IMG/VR virus record: IMGVR_UViG_3300042387_002391
Source of the DNA: a virus
Length of the DNA: 64,000 nt
Direction: 5' to 3' (one strand)
The position numbers and the translations under genes are program-made. Shown piece by piece: positions 9,358 to 18,953 of the stretch (position 1 is the first letter of the stretch; every line of letters begins with the position of its first letter). The notes under the pieces are model-generated. The model was not told the origin of the DNA. It did not search any database and worked only from the letters and a program-made list of their open reading frames with translations.

Positions 9358-9732
9358 TCAAGAATTTGATTCATATTTTTCATATGCTTTAATTGCCTCT
9401 ACTGTTTCTGAATAAAAATTTGGACCAACTACAACAACCATATGTGTTTTAGAAACTTCTTGGAGATGCAGAACAACACCATAAAGTTTTTTAGCAACAT
9501 CTTTCCATTGATCTTTTTCTACAAGAGTTTCTGCAAGTTTGCAACGAAGATCAAAAGCAGCATTGTGTTCTTCTGTTCCGTCTTCTTCGATTGCTTCAAG
9601 TTGCTCTTCGAGATTTTCTTTTTCGACTTCTGTCGCTGCTAGTTGCTGAACAAGTTTAATGTAGATTTCGTCAATTGCTTTTAGATCTTGTTTGAGCTGG
9701 TTATTTTCTTTTTTGAGAGTCTCGCAATTCAT
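9358..9732 (-). CDS. coiled-coil hypothetical protein
   Basis: 124 aa, heptad-rich. Confidence 0.7.
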   Translation of the reverse strand: MNCETLKKENNQLKQDLKAIDEIYIKLVQQLAATEVEKENLEEQLEAIEEDGTEEHNAAFDLRCKLAETLVEKDQWKDVAKKLYGVVLHLQEVSKTHMVVVVGPNFYSETVEAIKAYEKYESNS

Positions 9733-9755
9733 AAAAATATTCTCTTAAATTTTCT

Positions 9756-10523
9756 TCAAAAATCAACTTCCTTGATAAATTTTGGATGAATTCCAGACAT
9801 CACAAATCCTGCATAAAAATAATTTGGTTTGTAATCAAAAGACTCATCCAAATATACATTGTGCAAATCTAACAAAGATTTATCAATTTCCAAGCAAACC
9901 ATTTTTGGAGGTTCTTTTTTGTCTTCTTCAGAAGCTTTTGGATCGCTCTTAATTTTTTCAAATTTGTTTTGTGCTAAAGATTTTTTTAATCCTCGAATAA
10001 CAATTTCTGGCTGTTTTGTAAAAAATAAATAGACCCTACTTCCAGAATGATCAAAAGTTGTCTGGCTATCTTTTGGAAATAAGCCATATTTCAAAATTTT
10101 ATCTTTCTTTTTGAGCGGTGTGACATGAAATAATCTGCAGTCCTCTAGCACGCTTTTTTCTAACAAAATTGGATATTTTGGCTCAAGTTGGTGCATCTTT
10201 GCTCCGCTGATTTCCGAACTCTGAACAATTGTATAACCGTGTGCACTTGCAATTGTTTTTAGAGCATCTAGTTCTTGAAAAGAAGATTTAAACAAAACTG
10301 TCAGCGTGTTTGGTTTTCCAAATTTGTAGTCAAGGTTGCTTTGAAACAAAGGAATGTCTTCGACTTCTAAAATTTGACCTTTAAATTTTTTGAGAAGCAA
10401 TCTCTTCAAATAATCAGACCCATAAGAAACTCCGAGTCCTTCTTCAATAAGAATTTTTTCTTCCTGGCTGCTAGCAAAGCCTTTTCCTAGAATTCTTCTG
10501 CAAGTTTCTTCAAACGCACTCAT
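9756..10523 (-). CDS. putative ADP-ribosyltransferase-fold protein (Tpt1/KptA/DUF952-like C-terminal domain)
   Basis: LFHVT...KILKYGLFPK...SRVYLFF...LEID pattern. Confidence 0.55.
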   Translation of the reverse strand: MSAFEETCRRILGKGFASSQEEKILIEEGLGVSYGSDYLKRLLLKKFKGQILEVEDIPLFQSNLDYKFGKPNTLTVLFKSSFQELDALKTIASAHGYTIVQSSEISGAKMHQLEPKYPILLEKSVLEDCRLFHVTPLKKKDKILKYGLFPKDSQTTFDHSGSRVYLFFTKQPEIVIRGLKKSLAQNKFEKIKSDPKASEEDKKEPPKMVCLEIDKSLLDLHNVYLDESFDYKPNYFYAGFVMSGIHPKFIKEVDF

Positions 10524-11058
10524 TTTCTTTTGCCTCTAGAAACTTCCAGTGATCAGCAAAACTTCGGTCGTTTGGAAGATAACCTTGTTCTTTTGCTTGT
10601 TCTCTGCAAAGAACTTTTCTCCAGCCTCCTCTTTGACACAGTGTTCCTGAATTTCCAGTAATTTCACAAGTGTTCAAAGACTCTCTTTCTAGATTCCTCA
10701 AAAGAGCTCGAAAAAGTGTTTTAAAAGGCTCTTGCAAGTTATCATCTCCTTGCCAACATATCGAACCAAACTTTTCTTTAAAGATTGATGAATAAACATA
10801 AGCATCTGGTTGGACAGTGCTTCTTAGGTGAACAACAAGCTGTTGAACAGTGTTAGAAAATTCATCAACAATTTTTGACCAGCCTTGTTCAAACTCAAAA
10901 CCATATCGAAGATTTGTAAAGTTTGGATCTTTTGTCAGCTCTTCAAATCTTTCTCCTTTGTACCATTGCTGAAGCTCGATATTTGGCTCCTTGTAAATCG
11001 AAGGATACTTTTCAACAATTTCTTTTTCCCAATCTTTTAGCTTGTTTGTAAACTCCAT
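10510..11058 (-). CDS. conserved phage hypothetical protein (paralog of 11063..11560)
   Basis: VEKYP, GFEFEQGW, KEKFG, TCEITG shared motifs. Confidence 0.75.
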   Translation of the reverse strand: MEFTNKLKDWEKEIVEKYPSIYKEPNIELQQWYKGERFEELTKDPNFTNLRYGFEFEQGWSKIVDEFSNTVQQLVVHLRSTVQPDAYVYSSIFKEKFGSICWQGDDNLQEPFKTLFRALLRNLERESLNTCEITGNSGTLCQRGGWRKVLCREQAKEQGYLPNDRSFADHWKFLEAKENECV

Positions 11059-11062
11059 ATTT

Positions 11063-11560
11063 TTAATCTTCTTCGTTGTTTCCTGTCGCTAGCTTTGCAT
11101 CTTTCTCTTGCCAATATTTTTCTGTCTCTTCGTCACAAGCAACATATCCAAGTTTTCTTGCTTCTTTGTAAGAAAGAGTTTTAAACCAGCCCCATTTCTT
11201 GCAAGATACTCCACTCTCTCCACTAACTTCGCAAGTGTACTCTGACTTTCTTTCTGCTTCAGAAACAATGTCGTCGATAATATCGCTTTCGATTTCATTT
11301 GCTCCTTCAACATAATGATAAAAACGCAGCGATGAAAGTTTCTCTTTAACGGTCGTTGCAACTACCTGCACTTCTCTACCGTCCTTTGAGCAGATGTCAC
11401 AAAAGTACTGGAGTTTTTCTAAACACTTCTCGATAAGTTCTAGCCAGCCATTTTCATGCTGAAAACCAAAGCACATTGAAGTGTGCATCGGATCGCCTCC
11501 ATAATCTTTAAGAATTTTTGGATATTTTTCTACAAGTTTGAGTTCCAGCTCTTTGTCCAT
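11063..11560 (-). CDS. conserved phage hypothetical protein
   Basis: VEKYP, GFQHENGW, KEKLSSLRFY, TCEVSG. Confidence 0.75.
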   Translation of the reverse strand: MDKELELKLVEKYPKILKDYGGDPMHTSMCFGFQHENGWLELIEKCLEKLQYFCDICSKDGREVQVVATTVKEKLSSLRFYHYVEGANEIESDIIDDIVSEAERKSEYTCEVSGESGVSCKKWGWFKTLSYKEARKLGYVACDEETEKYWQEKDAKLATGNNEED

Positions 11561-11590
11561 GATTCTAGAATAACCTATTTCTTTAAGGTT

Positions 11591-11899
11591 TCAAGCAAAT
11601 TTAGAAAACTTTTTTCTGCCTTTTGTTTGTTTATGGCTGACTACTGCTCCGGGATGCTTTTGTCTCCAAGCAATCCATTTTGCAATTTCTTCGTGTTCCT
11701 TTAAAGTCTCGATCGAAGCAAAGCTCTTTTCGATTTGTTTGTTTGTTAAGGTTGTGTGAATTTGTTTGTGACAATCTTCACATAACAAAACTGTTTCTGT
11801 TCCTCCTTGAGATTTTGGAAGAACATGATGTTTTGAAGTTCCTTCTGAAACCTCGCACAAAGCACAAATTACAATTTTTGGTTGATTAGTTTGATCCAT
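11591..11899 (-). CDS. small HNH endonuclease
   Basis: CALC...HHVLPKSQGG...LCEDCHKQIH. Confidence 0.85.
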   Translation of the reverse strand: MDQTNQPKIVICALCEVSEGTSKHHVLPKSQGGTETVLLCEDCHKQIHTTLTNKQIEKSFASIETLKEHEEIAKWIAWRQKHPGAVVSHKQTKGRKKFSKFA

Positions 11900-12942
11900 T
11901 GTTCTTTTGTGATCAATTTATTATCAAGAATTGCAAATGCATACGAAGCATTTTGTCTGTAATTTTTTGTAATGTACTGGGCTTGTTCTTTTCTTGTTGC
12001 AACGCTTCTTATGTCATGAACAAAATCCAAAACATTGTTGATGAACTTCTTTGCTGCTTCTCCGTCATTGCAAATCTTTTCAATTTGTCCTTTCAGCCCT
12101 TTTGCAATTTCAAAGTCAAAGTCTGTTTCGATAATTTTATAAAAGTCTTTGAAAGAAGGCATTTCTTTATCAACATAGAGCTCGAGCAAGTTCTTTTCGT
12201 TGTTCAAGGTTGATTTAATGCGATGCAGAAGAAGATATCGGTCAGATTTAGTTTTCTTGAGAACCTGTCCGTTATTTCCGTAAATGACGATTCCTTCTCC
12301 TTTCTTCCATTGATTAACTGATTCAATCATCGAAGAAAGTGAATTAAATTGATACCGAAGAGGTCTTTCTAATTTCCAATCAGAAGCAAGGATGTCCAAA
12401 TCTTTTTGTAGCAGATAAGAATAGTCATTATGTTTTATGACTCCCGTAAGCCACAAAGTTGGCTCTTCTGCTTCTCTTTCAACAATAACATTCCTCGGCG
12501 AATACCATTCACAAACAATTGAGAATTGTTCGCTATTCAAAAGATCATTATCAAAAACTAAGGGATATTTTTGCTTCAAAAAAGGAATCTCATCACCATT
12601 GTCTAAAATAGTTGCATCGCTTGTTCCTCGTGTTCTGACAATCAGCTCTCCTTTGAATTTTGAAATAATCAAAGTAGATCCGTCTAGCTTATGAATAAAC
12701 TCAATATCAGAATCTACGTCGAGCGGTTCAAACTCTAGTTGCTCTCCGATGTTGGTGAATTTTTTCCAAGACGCGCTGATTAATTCCCCTTCATCAGACC
12801 ATATAGAAGAACGGAAAACTTTGTTCTCTTCTGTCCATTTGATTCCAATCTGATGAGGAAAAACAAGATTGCAAGGAGTATTTGCAATGGTGCAATCTCT
12901 AATGCAGAATTCTTCTTCAGACGGAAATTCTTTAACTTTCAT
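11869..12942 (-). CDS. RNA ligase (T4 Rnl1-like)
   Basis: KFTNIGE, motif I KLDGS, TRG, CEW, EGIVI, K.KS..Y. Confidence 0.8.
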   Translation of the reverse strand: MKVKEFPSEEEFCIRDCTIANTPCNLVFPHQIGIKWTEENKVFRSSIWSDEGELISASWKKFTNIGEQLEFEPLDVDSDIEFIHKLDGSTLIISKFKGELIVRTRGTSDATILDNGDEIPFLKQKYPLVFDNDLLNSEQFSIVCEWYSPRNVIVEREAEEPTLWLTGVIKHNDYSYLLQKDLDILASDWKLERPLRYQFNSLSSMIESVNQWKKGEGIVIYGNNGQVLKKTKSDRYLLLHRIKSTLNNEKNLLELYVDKEMPSFKDFYKIIETDFDFEIAKGLKGQIEKICNDGEAAKKFINNVLDFVHDIRSVATRKEQAQYITKNYRQNASYAFAILDNKLITKEQWIKLINQKL

Positions 12943-12979
12943 TTAGTCATTATCGGACCTCTTCTGCAGACAGTCAACA

Positions 12980-13696
12980 CTAAACTGATCGCTCTCGAAA
13001 CTCATGAATTTCGTCAATATTTAGAAGTCTGTGTACGCAACCATCAATTTCTTCTGACCAAGAATCGTGCATGTGGCCATAAAAATGATATTTTGGTTTA
13101 CAGAGTTCGATGATCCGGTCAATCTTTTCTCGTTCTTCTTTTAGCTCTTTAAGCAAATCAGTTCCGTATTTTTCTTTCTCTTCTTCTGCCCACTCCACAA
13201 CAATTGGAGCAAGTCTTGTTGGAAAGCAATATGTTGCTGTGCTGTGCGTAACAAGAATATCTGCTGGCTGACACAAATCTTCTCTCAGAACGACAACTTC
13301 GTCAGACCAATAAGAAATATATTCTGTTCGACCTTTTCTGTCGATTGAAATTGCTCCGCCAACAAACAAGATTTTTTTATCATTATATTGATAAATTTCA
13401 TAGTCTTCTGGCAAGTGAACGTTTGAGAGTCTATTCCGGAAGAAATTGAATCTGTCCTTGGAGTCATGATTGCCTCTAATGATGACAATGTTGTTGTTAT
13501 GCTCTTCAGCAAGATTGTTAAGTTCGTTCAAAGTTTCTGCTTCTCTATAAACATCTGCAAAGCCCAAGCCAAAATCTCCGACATGAATAATCAAAGAATT
13601 ATCAGAAGCTTCACAAGCAGATTCAATTGCTCTGTTGTTTCCGTGTGTGTCTCCAATAAAAATTAAATTTTGTTTATTAAATGTTTTCATCGCCAT
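12980..13696 (-). CDS. calcineurin-like metallophosphoesterase
   Basis: GDTHG, GDFG, RGNHD, GGAISID, GHMH. Confidence 0.9.
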   Translation of the reverse strand: MAMKTFNKQNLIFIGDTHGNNRAIESACEASDNSLIIHVGDFGLGFADVYREAETLNELNNLAEEHNNNIVIIRGNHDSKDRFNFFRNRLSNVHLPEDYEIYQYNDKKILFVGGAISIDRKGRTEYISYWSDEVVVLREDLCQPADILVTHSTATYCFPTRLAPIVVEWAEEEKEKYGTDLLKELKEEREKIDRIIELCKPKYHFYGHMHDSWSEEIDGCVHRLLNIDEIHEFRERSV

Positions 13697-13952
13697 CTTC
13701 TTTAAATTGTTTTATTTCTTTTTTCAAAATTTCTTTGAGTCCATTCAAGGCCTCTTCGTAAGAATCAAACTCTTCTTCAATATCATGAAGAAGATAACCA
13801 AAATGCTGTGCAAAATATTTTGGTGGTTGTCCGTAACTCCATTTTGTTTCAATGTACCAATGGCAACATCTGTCTTTATGGTGTTCCTTCCCTATTAAAA
13901 AATACCACTCCTCTGTTAATTTTGTAATTTCTTCTACAACGCTCATTTGCAA
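13677..13952 (-). CDS. hypothetical protein
   Basis: 91 aa ORF, HHKDRCCHW. Confidence 0.7.
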   Translation of the reverse strand: MQMSVVEEITKLTEEWYFLIGKEHHKDRCCHWYIETKWSYGQPPKYFAQHFGYLLHDIEEEFDSYEEALNGLKEILKKEIKQFKEDGDENI

Positions 13953-14197
13953 AAATCTTCATATTTCTTGTTTCTATCTTCAAGAAACTCTGTGAACAGC
14001 ATCTTGTTGTCTTGCTCATCTCCGTTAAAAATGAAGTCAAAGAGCCATCCTTCTCCTTCTTCTGAAAGATTCAAATCTTGCAACAAGTTTTCAAAATATT
14101 GGTTTTGAATTTTTGAAAGTTCATTCAAAAAAGTTTTTGTTTCGAAGATTGCATCGTCCGGATGCTTGTTTGATTTTGTATAATTTTTTGTGTTCAT
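13943..14197 (-). CDS. hypothetical protein
   Basis: 84 aa ORF. Confidence 0.7.
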   Translation of the reverse strand: MNTKNYTKSNKHPDDAIFETKTFLNELSKIQNQYFENLLQDLNLSEEGEGWLFDFIFNGDEQDNKMLFTEFLEDRNKKYEDFCK

Positions 14198-14200
14198 ATT

Positions 14201-14932
14201 TTAAAGTTCATAAGGTTCTTGGACAACGACTTGATAATGTCCTTCTTCAGATTGTTCGATTTTTGTTGTTTTTCCTTTCGGAAGTGGCTTTGTTTTGAAA
14301 GCTTTGTCGACAACACTCCAAGCTTCACTAAAGTTTTTTTGATCGAATGCTTTTTGCAAGCTGTTTTGATACTTTGAAGAAACTTTGAAAGACATTTCTG
14401 GTTTCCAGGAAAGAACTTTTGGAAGCGGAACATCCGAAAATTGCATTGCTCCATCACCGCTAACATCCATTACTTTTCTGAAGCCATTGTTCCTTTGATA
14501 ATGCATGTATTGTTCAATAGTTTTCTTGATTTCAAAAGCAACAGTGCCGTCTTTCATTTCTTTGCAGCCAACTCCAAATGAAGAGTTCGGATGATCAAGA
14601 TGAGGATGATTTTTCTTTCGTGCCCATTCTTCACTTTCTTTTACAATCGAACCGCCTTCACTATATTCGTTATCATATTGATCATAAAAGCCACCGTGGC
14701 CATCATAGTTTCGCTCCGGATTCCGAGGAAAGGCAATGTGCCTTATAGTATTCTCAATAAACTGGCTTTCTTCATAAGAAATATGACGATCTCCATAAGC
14801 TGTATCAATCGCCATTTTAATTTGGCCAGATTGAAGACGAGAATATGTCTCCAAAGCTGTTACGAGCGTTGGTAGGTGCTTTTCATCAAACTCGATAACT
14901 ACCTTTTTGGACTCTGCTTTTTTCTTTTTCAT
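14201..14932 (-). CDS. hypothetical protein
   Basis: 243 aa ORF. Confidence 0.8.
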   Translation of the reverse strand: MKKKKAESKKVVIEFDEKHLPTLVTALETYSRLQSGQIKMAIDTAYGDRHISYEESQFIENTIRHIAFPRNPERNYDGHGGFYDQYDNEYSEGGSIVKESEEWARKKNHPHLDHPNSSFGVGCKEMKDGTVAFEIKKTIEQYMHYQRNNGFRKVMDVSGDGAMQFSDVPLPKVLSWKPEMSFKVSSKYQNSLQKAFDQKNFSEAWSVVDKAFKTKPLPKGKTTKIEQSEEGHYQVVVQEPYEL

Positions 14933-15141
14933 GATTTACATCAATATTCTACTCTTTTGGCTGGAACGTCAAGAAAAAAGATTTTGGACACTTGATTATT
15001 TTAGAAGGCAAGAAATGCTGTAGGCGACTGTGTAGAAAGAACCGAGAATTAGAACAGCCCAGCAAATTTTGTCAAACCAATTAGCCTTGTCATTGTTGTT
15101 CATTTCTTAGAATAATTATGCTAGCCGACATTTTTGTCATC

Positions 15142-15435
15142 TCATTTGGTGTTTGATAATTTCAAAACTAACCAAACTTTGTCTGCTAGCAATCTTTCTA
15201 CCTCCATTAAAATGCTTTCATCTACTTCAACGTCTTCAAAAGTATAATTTTCAATCTTTTCTTTGACAAGCTTATCAATTTTTGAAATTTCTGACAAGTC
15301 TCTCAAGTATCTTTTTTCAATTTCTTTTCCTGAATAATTGTCTAAAATTATGTCTTGTTGTTTTGAGTTGTGAGCAATTGATTCATCGCACATTCTCAAA
15401 ATTTCGTCTGCCAAAACTTTTTCGTTCTTTTTCAT
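15142..15435 (-). CDS. hypothetical protein
   Basis: 97 aa ORF. Confidence 0.65.
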   Translation of the reverse strand: MKKNEKVLADEILRMCDESIAHNSKQQDIILDNYSGKEIEKRYLRDLSEISKIDKLVKEKIENYTFEDVEVDESILMEVERLLADKVWLVLKLSNTK

Positions 15436-16101
15436 TCAAAATGGATTTTGTGTGTCCTGACCATGGTGGTCAAAGGTTATAATGCTCTGGTCAAAGCTTT
15501 TCTTGAGTTCATTAAACGAAGGAGGATATTTATATTTTTCTATAGAAACTTCTTTGATCCTGGACTTATAGAGAAGCTTGCCAAGTTCTGACTTTTCTAG
15601 CGTTCCGTGAACATGAGCATGAAACATATAAGAGCCCTTTCCTTGGCCATTCCAAGAAACTATTGGATAGTGAGAGGCAACGACAGCATGACCGTTAATG
15701 AACATTTCTAGGTAATTCGGAGTAATATAAATCTTTTTATTTCCAAGATCAATGCAACCATTTTCGTCAGATTTTTCGAGAAATTGTTTCCAGCCAGCTG
15801 CGTGATTTCCGCTCATCCAATAACATTCTTTGAAGGGAACTCTTGCAAAGAATGAGCTCATGAATTGTTCTGCATTATGTCCAAAGCAAGAGTCACCGAG
15901 CAAGAAAATTATAGAGTCTTCATTGAGATTTTTTCTCCAGTTTTCTTCGAGCGCTTCATTGCTTTCAATAACAGACTCAAAGCCTCTCATTTTCCAAATC
16001 GGAACATCCCACTTTGGATCATGATTTAAATGCAAACATCCCCAGAAGAAAACATTGTTCTCTGGATGTTTGATTTTTAAAGGCTGCAAATAACTTTTCA
16101 C
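15436..16101 (-). CDS. calcineurin-like phosphoesterase (variant first motif)
   Basis: GCLHLNH, LGD, GNH, SHYP, HAHVH. Confidence 0.8.
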   Translation of the reverse strand: MKSYLQPLKIKHPENNVFFWGCLHLNHDPKWDVPIWKMRGFESVIESNEALEENWRKNLNEDSIIFLLGDSCFGHNAEQFMSSFFARVPFKECYWMSGNHAAGWKQFLEKSDENGCIDLGNKKIYITPNYLEMFINGHAVVASHYPIVSWNGQGKGSYMFHAHVHGTLEKSELGKLLYKSRIKEVSIEKYKYPPSFNELKKSFDQSIITFDHHGQDTQNPF

Positions 16102-16124
16102 AACCTAAACTGTACGCAAAATTT

Positions 16125-16982
16125 TTAAAGAGCCAACAATTTTTCTTGCTCTTCTTCAAGATCATCATAAAGATCAACTAACCTCTGCTTAAGTTTTTTC
16201 CATTCTCTCGGATGATCTTTTAGAGTCTCGACAAAATCTTCGTGTTTCGACAAGAATTCAGGAATTGGCAACTCTTCGTATTTAAAATATGTTTCTGCTC
16301 CGGACTTGATGAAAACTTTCAGTTCAAGAAGAAATTTTTCCAGCTTTCTCTTCATGATAACTTTCGTTGCTTCTTGTTTTGATTTTTTAATGTCTTCAAC
16401 ACGGCTCCGGAAGTCTTTCTTAATTCTAAAAGCAAGTTCAGTCAAATAAGCATCAAGTTCGATTGGCTCCATATAATAAATGTTAGGATCATATTCCTCT
16501 CCTGCTGACATTTTCTCGACTTCTGCTTTATATTCTTCCGAAGAAGTCTTGTATTGTTGGGTACCATGAGTTAATTCATGAATAAATGTTGCAAGTAATT
16601 CAGTCCGACTCAAATCTTTTGCGTTGTCATCAAATAATATAATAAAATTGTTTGCTTCATCATAAAAGCCAAGAGGCCCGTCATATTCTCCAAAAGCAAC
16701 CATGAAGCTAATCTCCTTTTTCTTATTTGTTGCTAAATCCTTTACTGCAAACTTTTCAGCAAGTGAAATGTTTGTTATGGTTGGTGTCTTGAAGTATTTT
16801 TGCCAAGCAGTAACGATTGCGATTGGAACAGTAATTTTATCAATTTGCTTCTTGGTCTTATTGTGATATTTTTTTAAGTAAATATCCACGCATTTTTTGG
16901 CAACTTCTTCAATATCAGTAGATGCTTCTCGAAATTTTGCTTCTGTTAAACTTCTCTTAAAATATTCTGCAAAACAAATCAT
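16125..16982 (-). CDS. zincin-like metallopeptidase with putative capsid-targeting leader
   Basis: IHELTHGTQ (HExxH) plus YYMEPIELDAY; start reassigned to MICFAEY at 16982 behind a GATAAGTA motif. Confidence 0.65.
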   Translation of the reverse strand: MICFAEYFKRSLTEAKFREASTDIEEVAKKCVDIYLKKYHNKTKKQIDKITVPIAIVTAWQKYFKTPTITNISLAEKFAVKDLATNKKKEISFMVAFGEYDGPLGFYDEANNFIILFDDNAKDLSRTELLATFIHELTHGTQQYKTSSEEYKAEVEKMSAGEEYDPNIYYMEPIELDAYLTELAFRIKKDFRSRVEDIKKSKQEATKVIMKRKLEKFLLELKVFIKSGAETYFKYEELPIPEFLSKHEDFVETLKDHPREWKKLKQRLVDLYDDLEEEQEKLLAL

Positions 16983-16986
16983 GGAA

Positions 16987-17421
16987 CTACTTATCGAAAA
17001 TTTGGTAATTTCCATCATCGTCCGTGTACAAAACTTCTTTAAATTTGTGATAACGCAGCAAACTAAAGCAAGACATGCATGGTTTTGCAAGAGCAAGCTT
17101 TTTGTTTCTATCATATCGCATATTAACAAGCGTACATTTTTTTGTATCAATATTTGTTAGCCTTTTGAGCTTTATGATAGCCGTAAATTCGCTGCAAGTG
17201 TGCTTTTGATCTGAAAAGTCTTCTCCAGTCCTTACTGAAACTTTTCTGTTTTTTAAGTGTGTTGGATGAGTTTTTTGCAAATTCATTCCGATAGAAATAA
17301 TCTTTTTTTTGTTAAGAATGAACGAAAAATGATTGCATCTTTTGTCGTCCTCCCAATCAACTAACGAAAAAGCAATTTCTTCTAAGCGCTTATAACGAGA
17401 TTTGGGAACATTCGATGCCAT
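16987..17421 (-). CDS. Zn-dependent deaminase-fold protein
   Basis: IISIGMN, TCSE, KPCMSC. Confidence 0.75.
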   Translation of the reverse strand: MASNVPKSRYKRLEEIAFSLVDWEDDKRCNHFSFILNKKKIISIGMNLQKTHPTHLKNRKVSVRTGEDFSDQKHTCSEFTAIIKLKRLTNIDTKKCTLVNMRYDRNKKLALAKPCMSCFSLLRYHKFKEVLYTDDDGNYQIFDK

Positions 17422-17815
17422 TAAATTTAAAGATTTCTATAGCCTTATCGTCCCTAAAATATGTGTCTTTGTAAACAACTTTTTTAATGCCATGAGCAAC
17501 AATCGAAGAGGCACAAGATGAACACGGAAGGAGTGTACAAGCAAGCAATTTGCATTCTCCTCTTTTGAACAAAGAAAGCAAATTAATTTCTGCATGTATC
17601 ATGAAAGGACGGCGAGCATCTCGATCTTTCCAAAAGCATTCATCAACTTCTTTGTTAGAAGCTAGTCCATTATAAGCAACACCAATTACTCTGTTTGAAT
17701 GATCAAGAGCACAAGCTCCAACTTTTACGAAAGGATCTGGACTTCTCAAAGAAGCGACATCAGCAAGTCTCAGAGCATATTCTTCCCAAGAAATTCTGTC
17801 AGTCTTCGTCGTCAT
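17390..17815 (-). CDS. dCMP deaminase
   Basis: RSPDPFVKVGA, YNG, HAE, PCSSC. Confidence 0.92.
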   Translation of the reverse strand: MTTKTDRISWEEYALRLADVASLRSPDPFVKVGACALDHSNRVIGVAYNGLASNKEVDECFWKDRDARRPFMIHAEINLLSLFKRGECKLLACTLLPCSSCASSIVAHGIKKVVYKDTYFRDDKAIEIFKFNGIECSQISL

Positions 17816-18074
17816 CGTCCGGAAATTTCATCACAACATCATATTGGAAGCGCTCTTGCATCAAAATCTTTAGAGCATGATTAAACTTTTCTTCGTATTC
17901 AATCTGATTCTCGTCTGGAACGGTCTTCATCACGGTTTCGAAAAGAGCTGTAACAAGAGCTGCCAATGAAGTCGGACAAATTTCAAATTCTCCAACAATC
18001 CTTATAGCCGGATCTTCATCAAATAAACCAAGCTCAAACAAGGGCTTATAACCTTCGAAAAAGTCTTCAGTCAT
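17799..18074 (-). CDS. hypothetical acidic protein
   Basis: 91 aa ORF. Confidence 0.7.
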   Translation of the reverse strand: MTEDFFEGYKPLFELGLFDEDPAIRIVGEFEICPTSLAALVTALFETVMKTVPDENQIEYEEKFNHALKILMQERFQYDVVMKFPDDDDED

Positions 18075-18468
18075 TTCGCTTGTGTTGTTTTACAATTTGT
18101 TCAAGAATTTCAGAAATTATTTCGTTAACGGAAACATCTTTATCGCAAGACTCAGCAATAAGAAATTCAAGAATTTCTCTATCAAATTCTGCAAAATCGA
18201 TATCAATCGTTTCGAATTTTTTAAGAGCAATGCTATCATCTCCCTGAACTTCCCAGGTGAATTTATCACCTTCTTTAATATTCAATTGTTCCAGTTCTTC
18301 TTTGGTAAATTGAACAAAGCACTCTTCTGAACGCTGGATTGTTTTCTTGATCATTTTAGCGGCTCCAAGAAGATGGTTTGTCCTCAGAAAGAAGTTCTCT
18401 GCCTTCACAGTCATAGCCACAGCAGCTTTCTGATTCACTCTGAATGACTCCAATCGTTTCTCCGTCAT
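18067..18468 (-). CDS. AbrB-like DNA-binding protein (likely start MIKKTIQ)
   Basis: VQFTKEELEQLNIKEGDKFTW and C-terminal DVSVNEII. Confidence 0.55.
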   Translation of the reverse strand: MTEKRLESFRVNQKAAVAMTVKAENFFLRTNHLLGAAKMIKKTIQRSEECFVQFTKEELEQLNIKEGDKFTWEVQGDDSIALKKFETIDIDFAEFDREILEFLIAESCDKDVSVNEIISEILEQIVKQHKRND

Positions 18469-18643
18469 TCAAACGGAAGCCGCAAGCAAGCAAAAAGTTT
18501 TCAAACGCTTGACAAGCTTCTGTAATTGTGCTTTCTCCGTCGATTGCATAATCAATCTTTGTTTCCGGATAGCTATAAAAATTAGCAGAATAGCCTTCGT
18601 GATTGTATGTGAACTTGATGTTAGTTTTTGATTTTTCGTACAT
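18356..18643 (-). CDS. hypothetical protein
   Basis: AFENFLLACGF motif seen in many phage proteins. Confidence 0.7.
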   Translation of the reverse strand: MYEKSKTNIKFTYNHEGYSANFYSYPETKIDYAIDGESTITEACQAFENFLLACGFRLNDGETIGVIQSESESCCGYDCEGRELLSEDKPSSWSR

Positions 18644-18650
18644 ATGTTTG

Positions 18651-18953
18651 TTATTTTGTTTTTAGATGTTCTTTTACTGTTTCCCAAAGAGATGGAATAT
18701 CATAGCATATTTCATTACCATTCTTATCGGTTGCAAGATTTACCTTATTGTTGAAGCCAATCCTCTCATAAAGATACCAATCAATCCAACCGTGACCTTC
18801 TTCATCAAAAATGCTATCCATAAGAATGTTAATAATCTTATAATATTCGTCTTCGAAGTTTATCAAATCCAACCCTAAATCATATATAGCAGATGATCTT
18901 TCTCTAACTTTTTCTGTCGTTTCTATCAGACTTTTAAATTGTTCGTAATTCAT
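18651..18953 (-). CDS. hypothetical protein
   Basis: 100 aa, WIDWYLYE. Confidence 0.75.
   Translation of the reverse strand: MNYEQFKSLIETTEKVRERSSAIYDLGLDLINFEDEYYKIINILMDSIFDEEGHGWIDWYLYERIGFNNKVNLATDKNGNEICYDIPSLWETVKEHLKTK

Noticed and set aside
16983-17150. Long N-terminal extension of the zincin ORF
   Set aside because: It overlaps the deaminase gene; ATG 16982 follows a late-type motif and is the better start.
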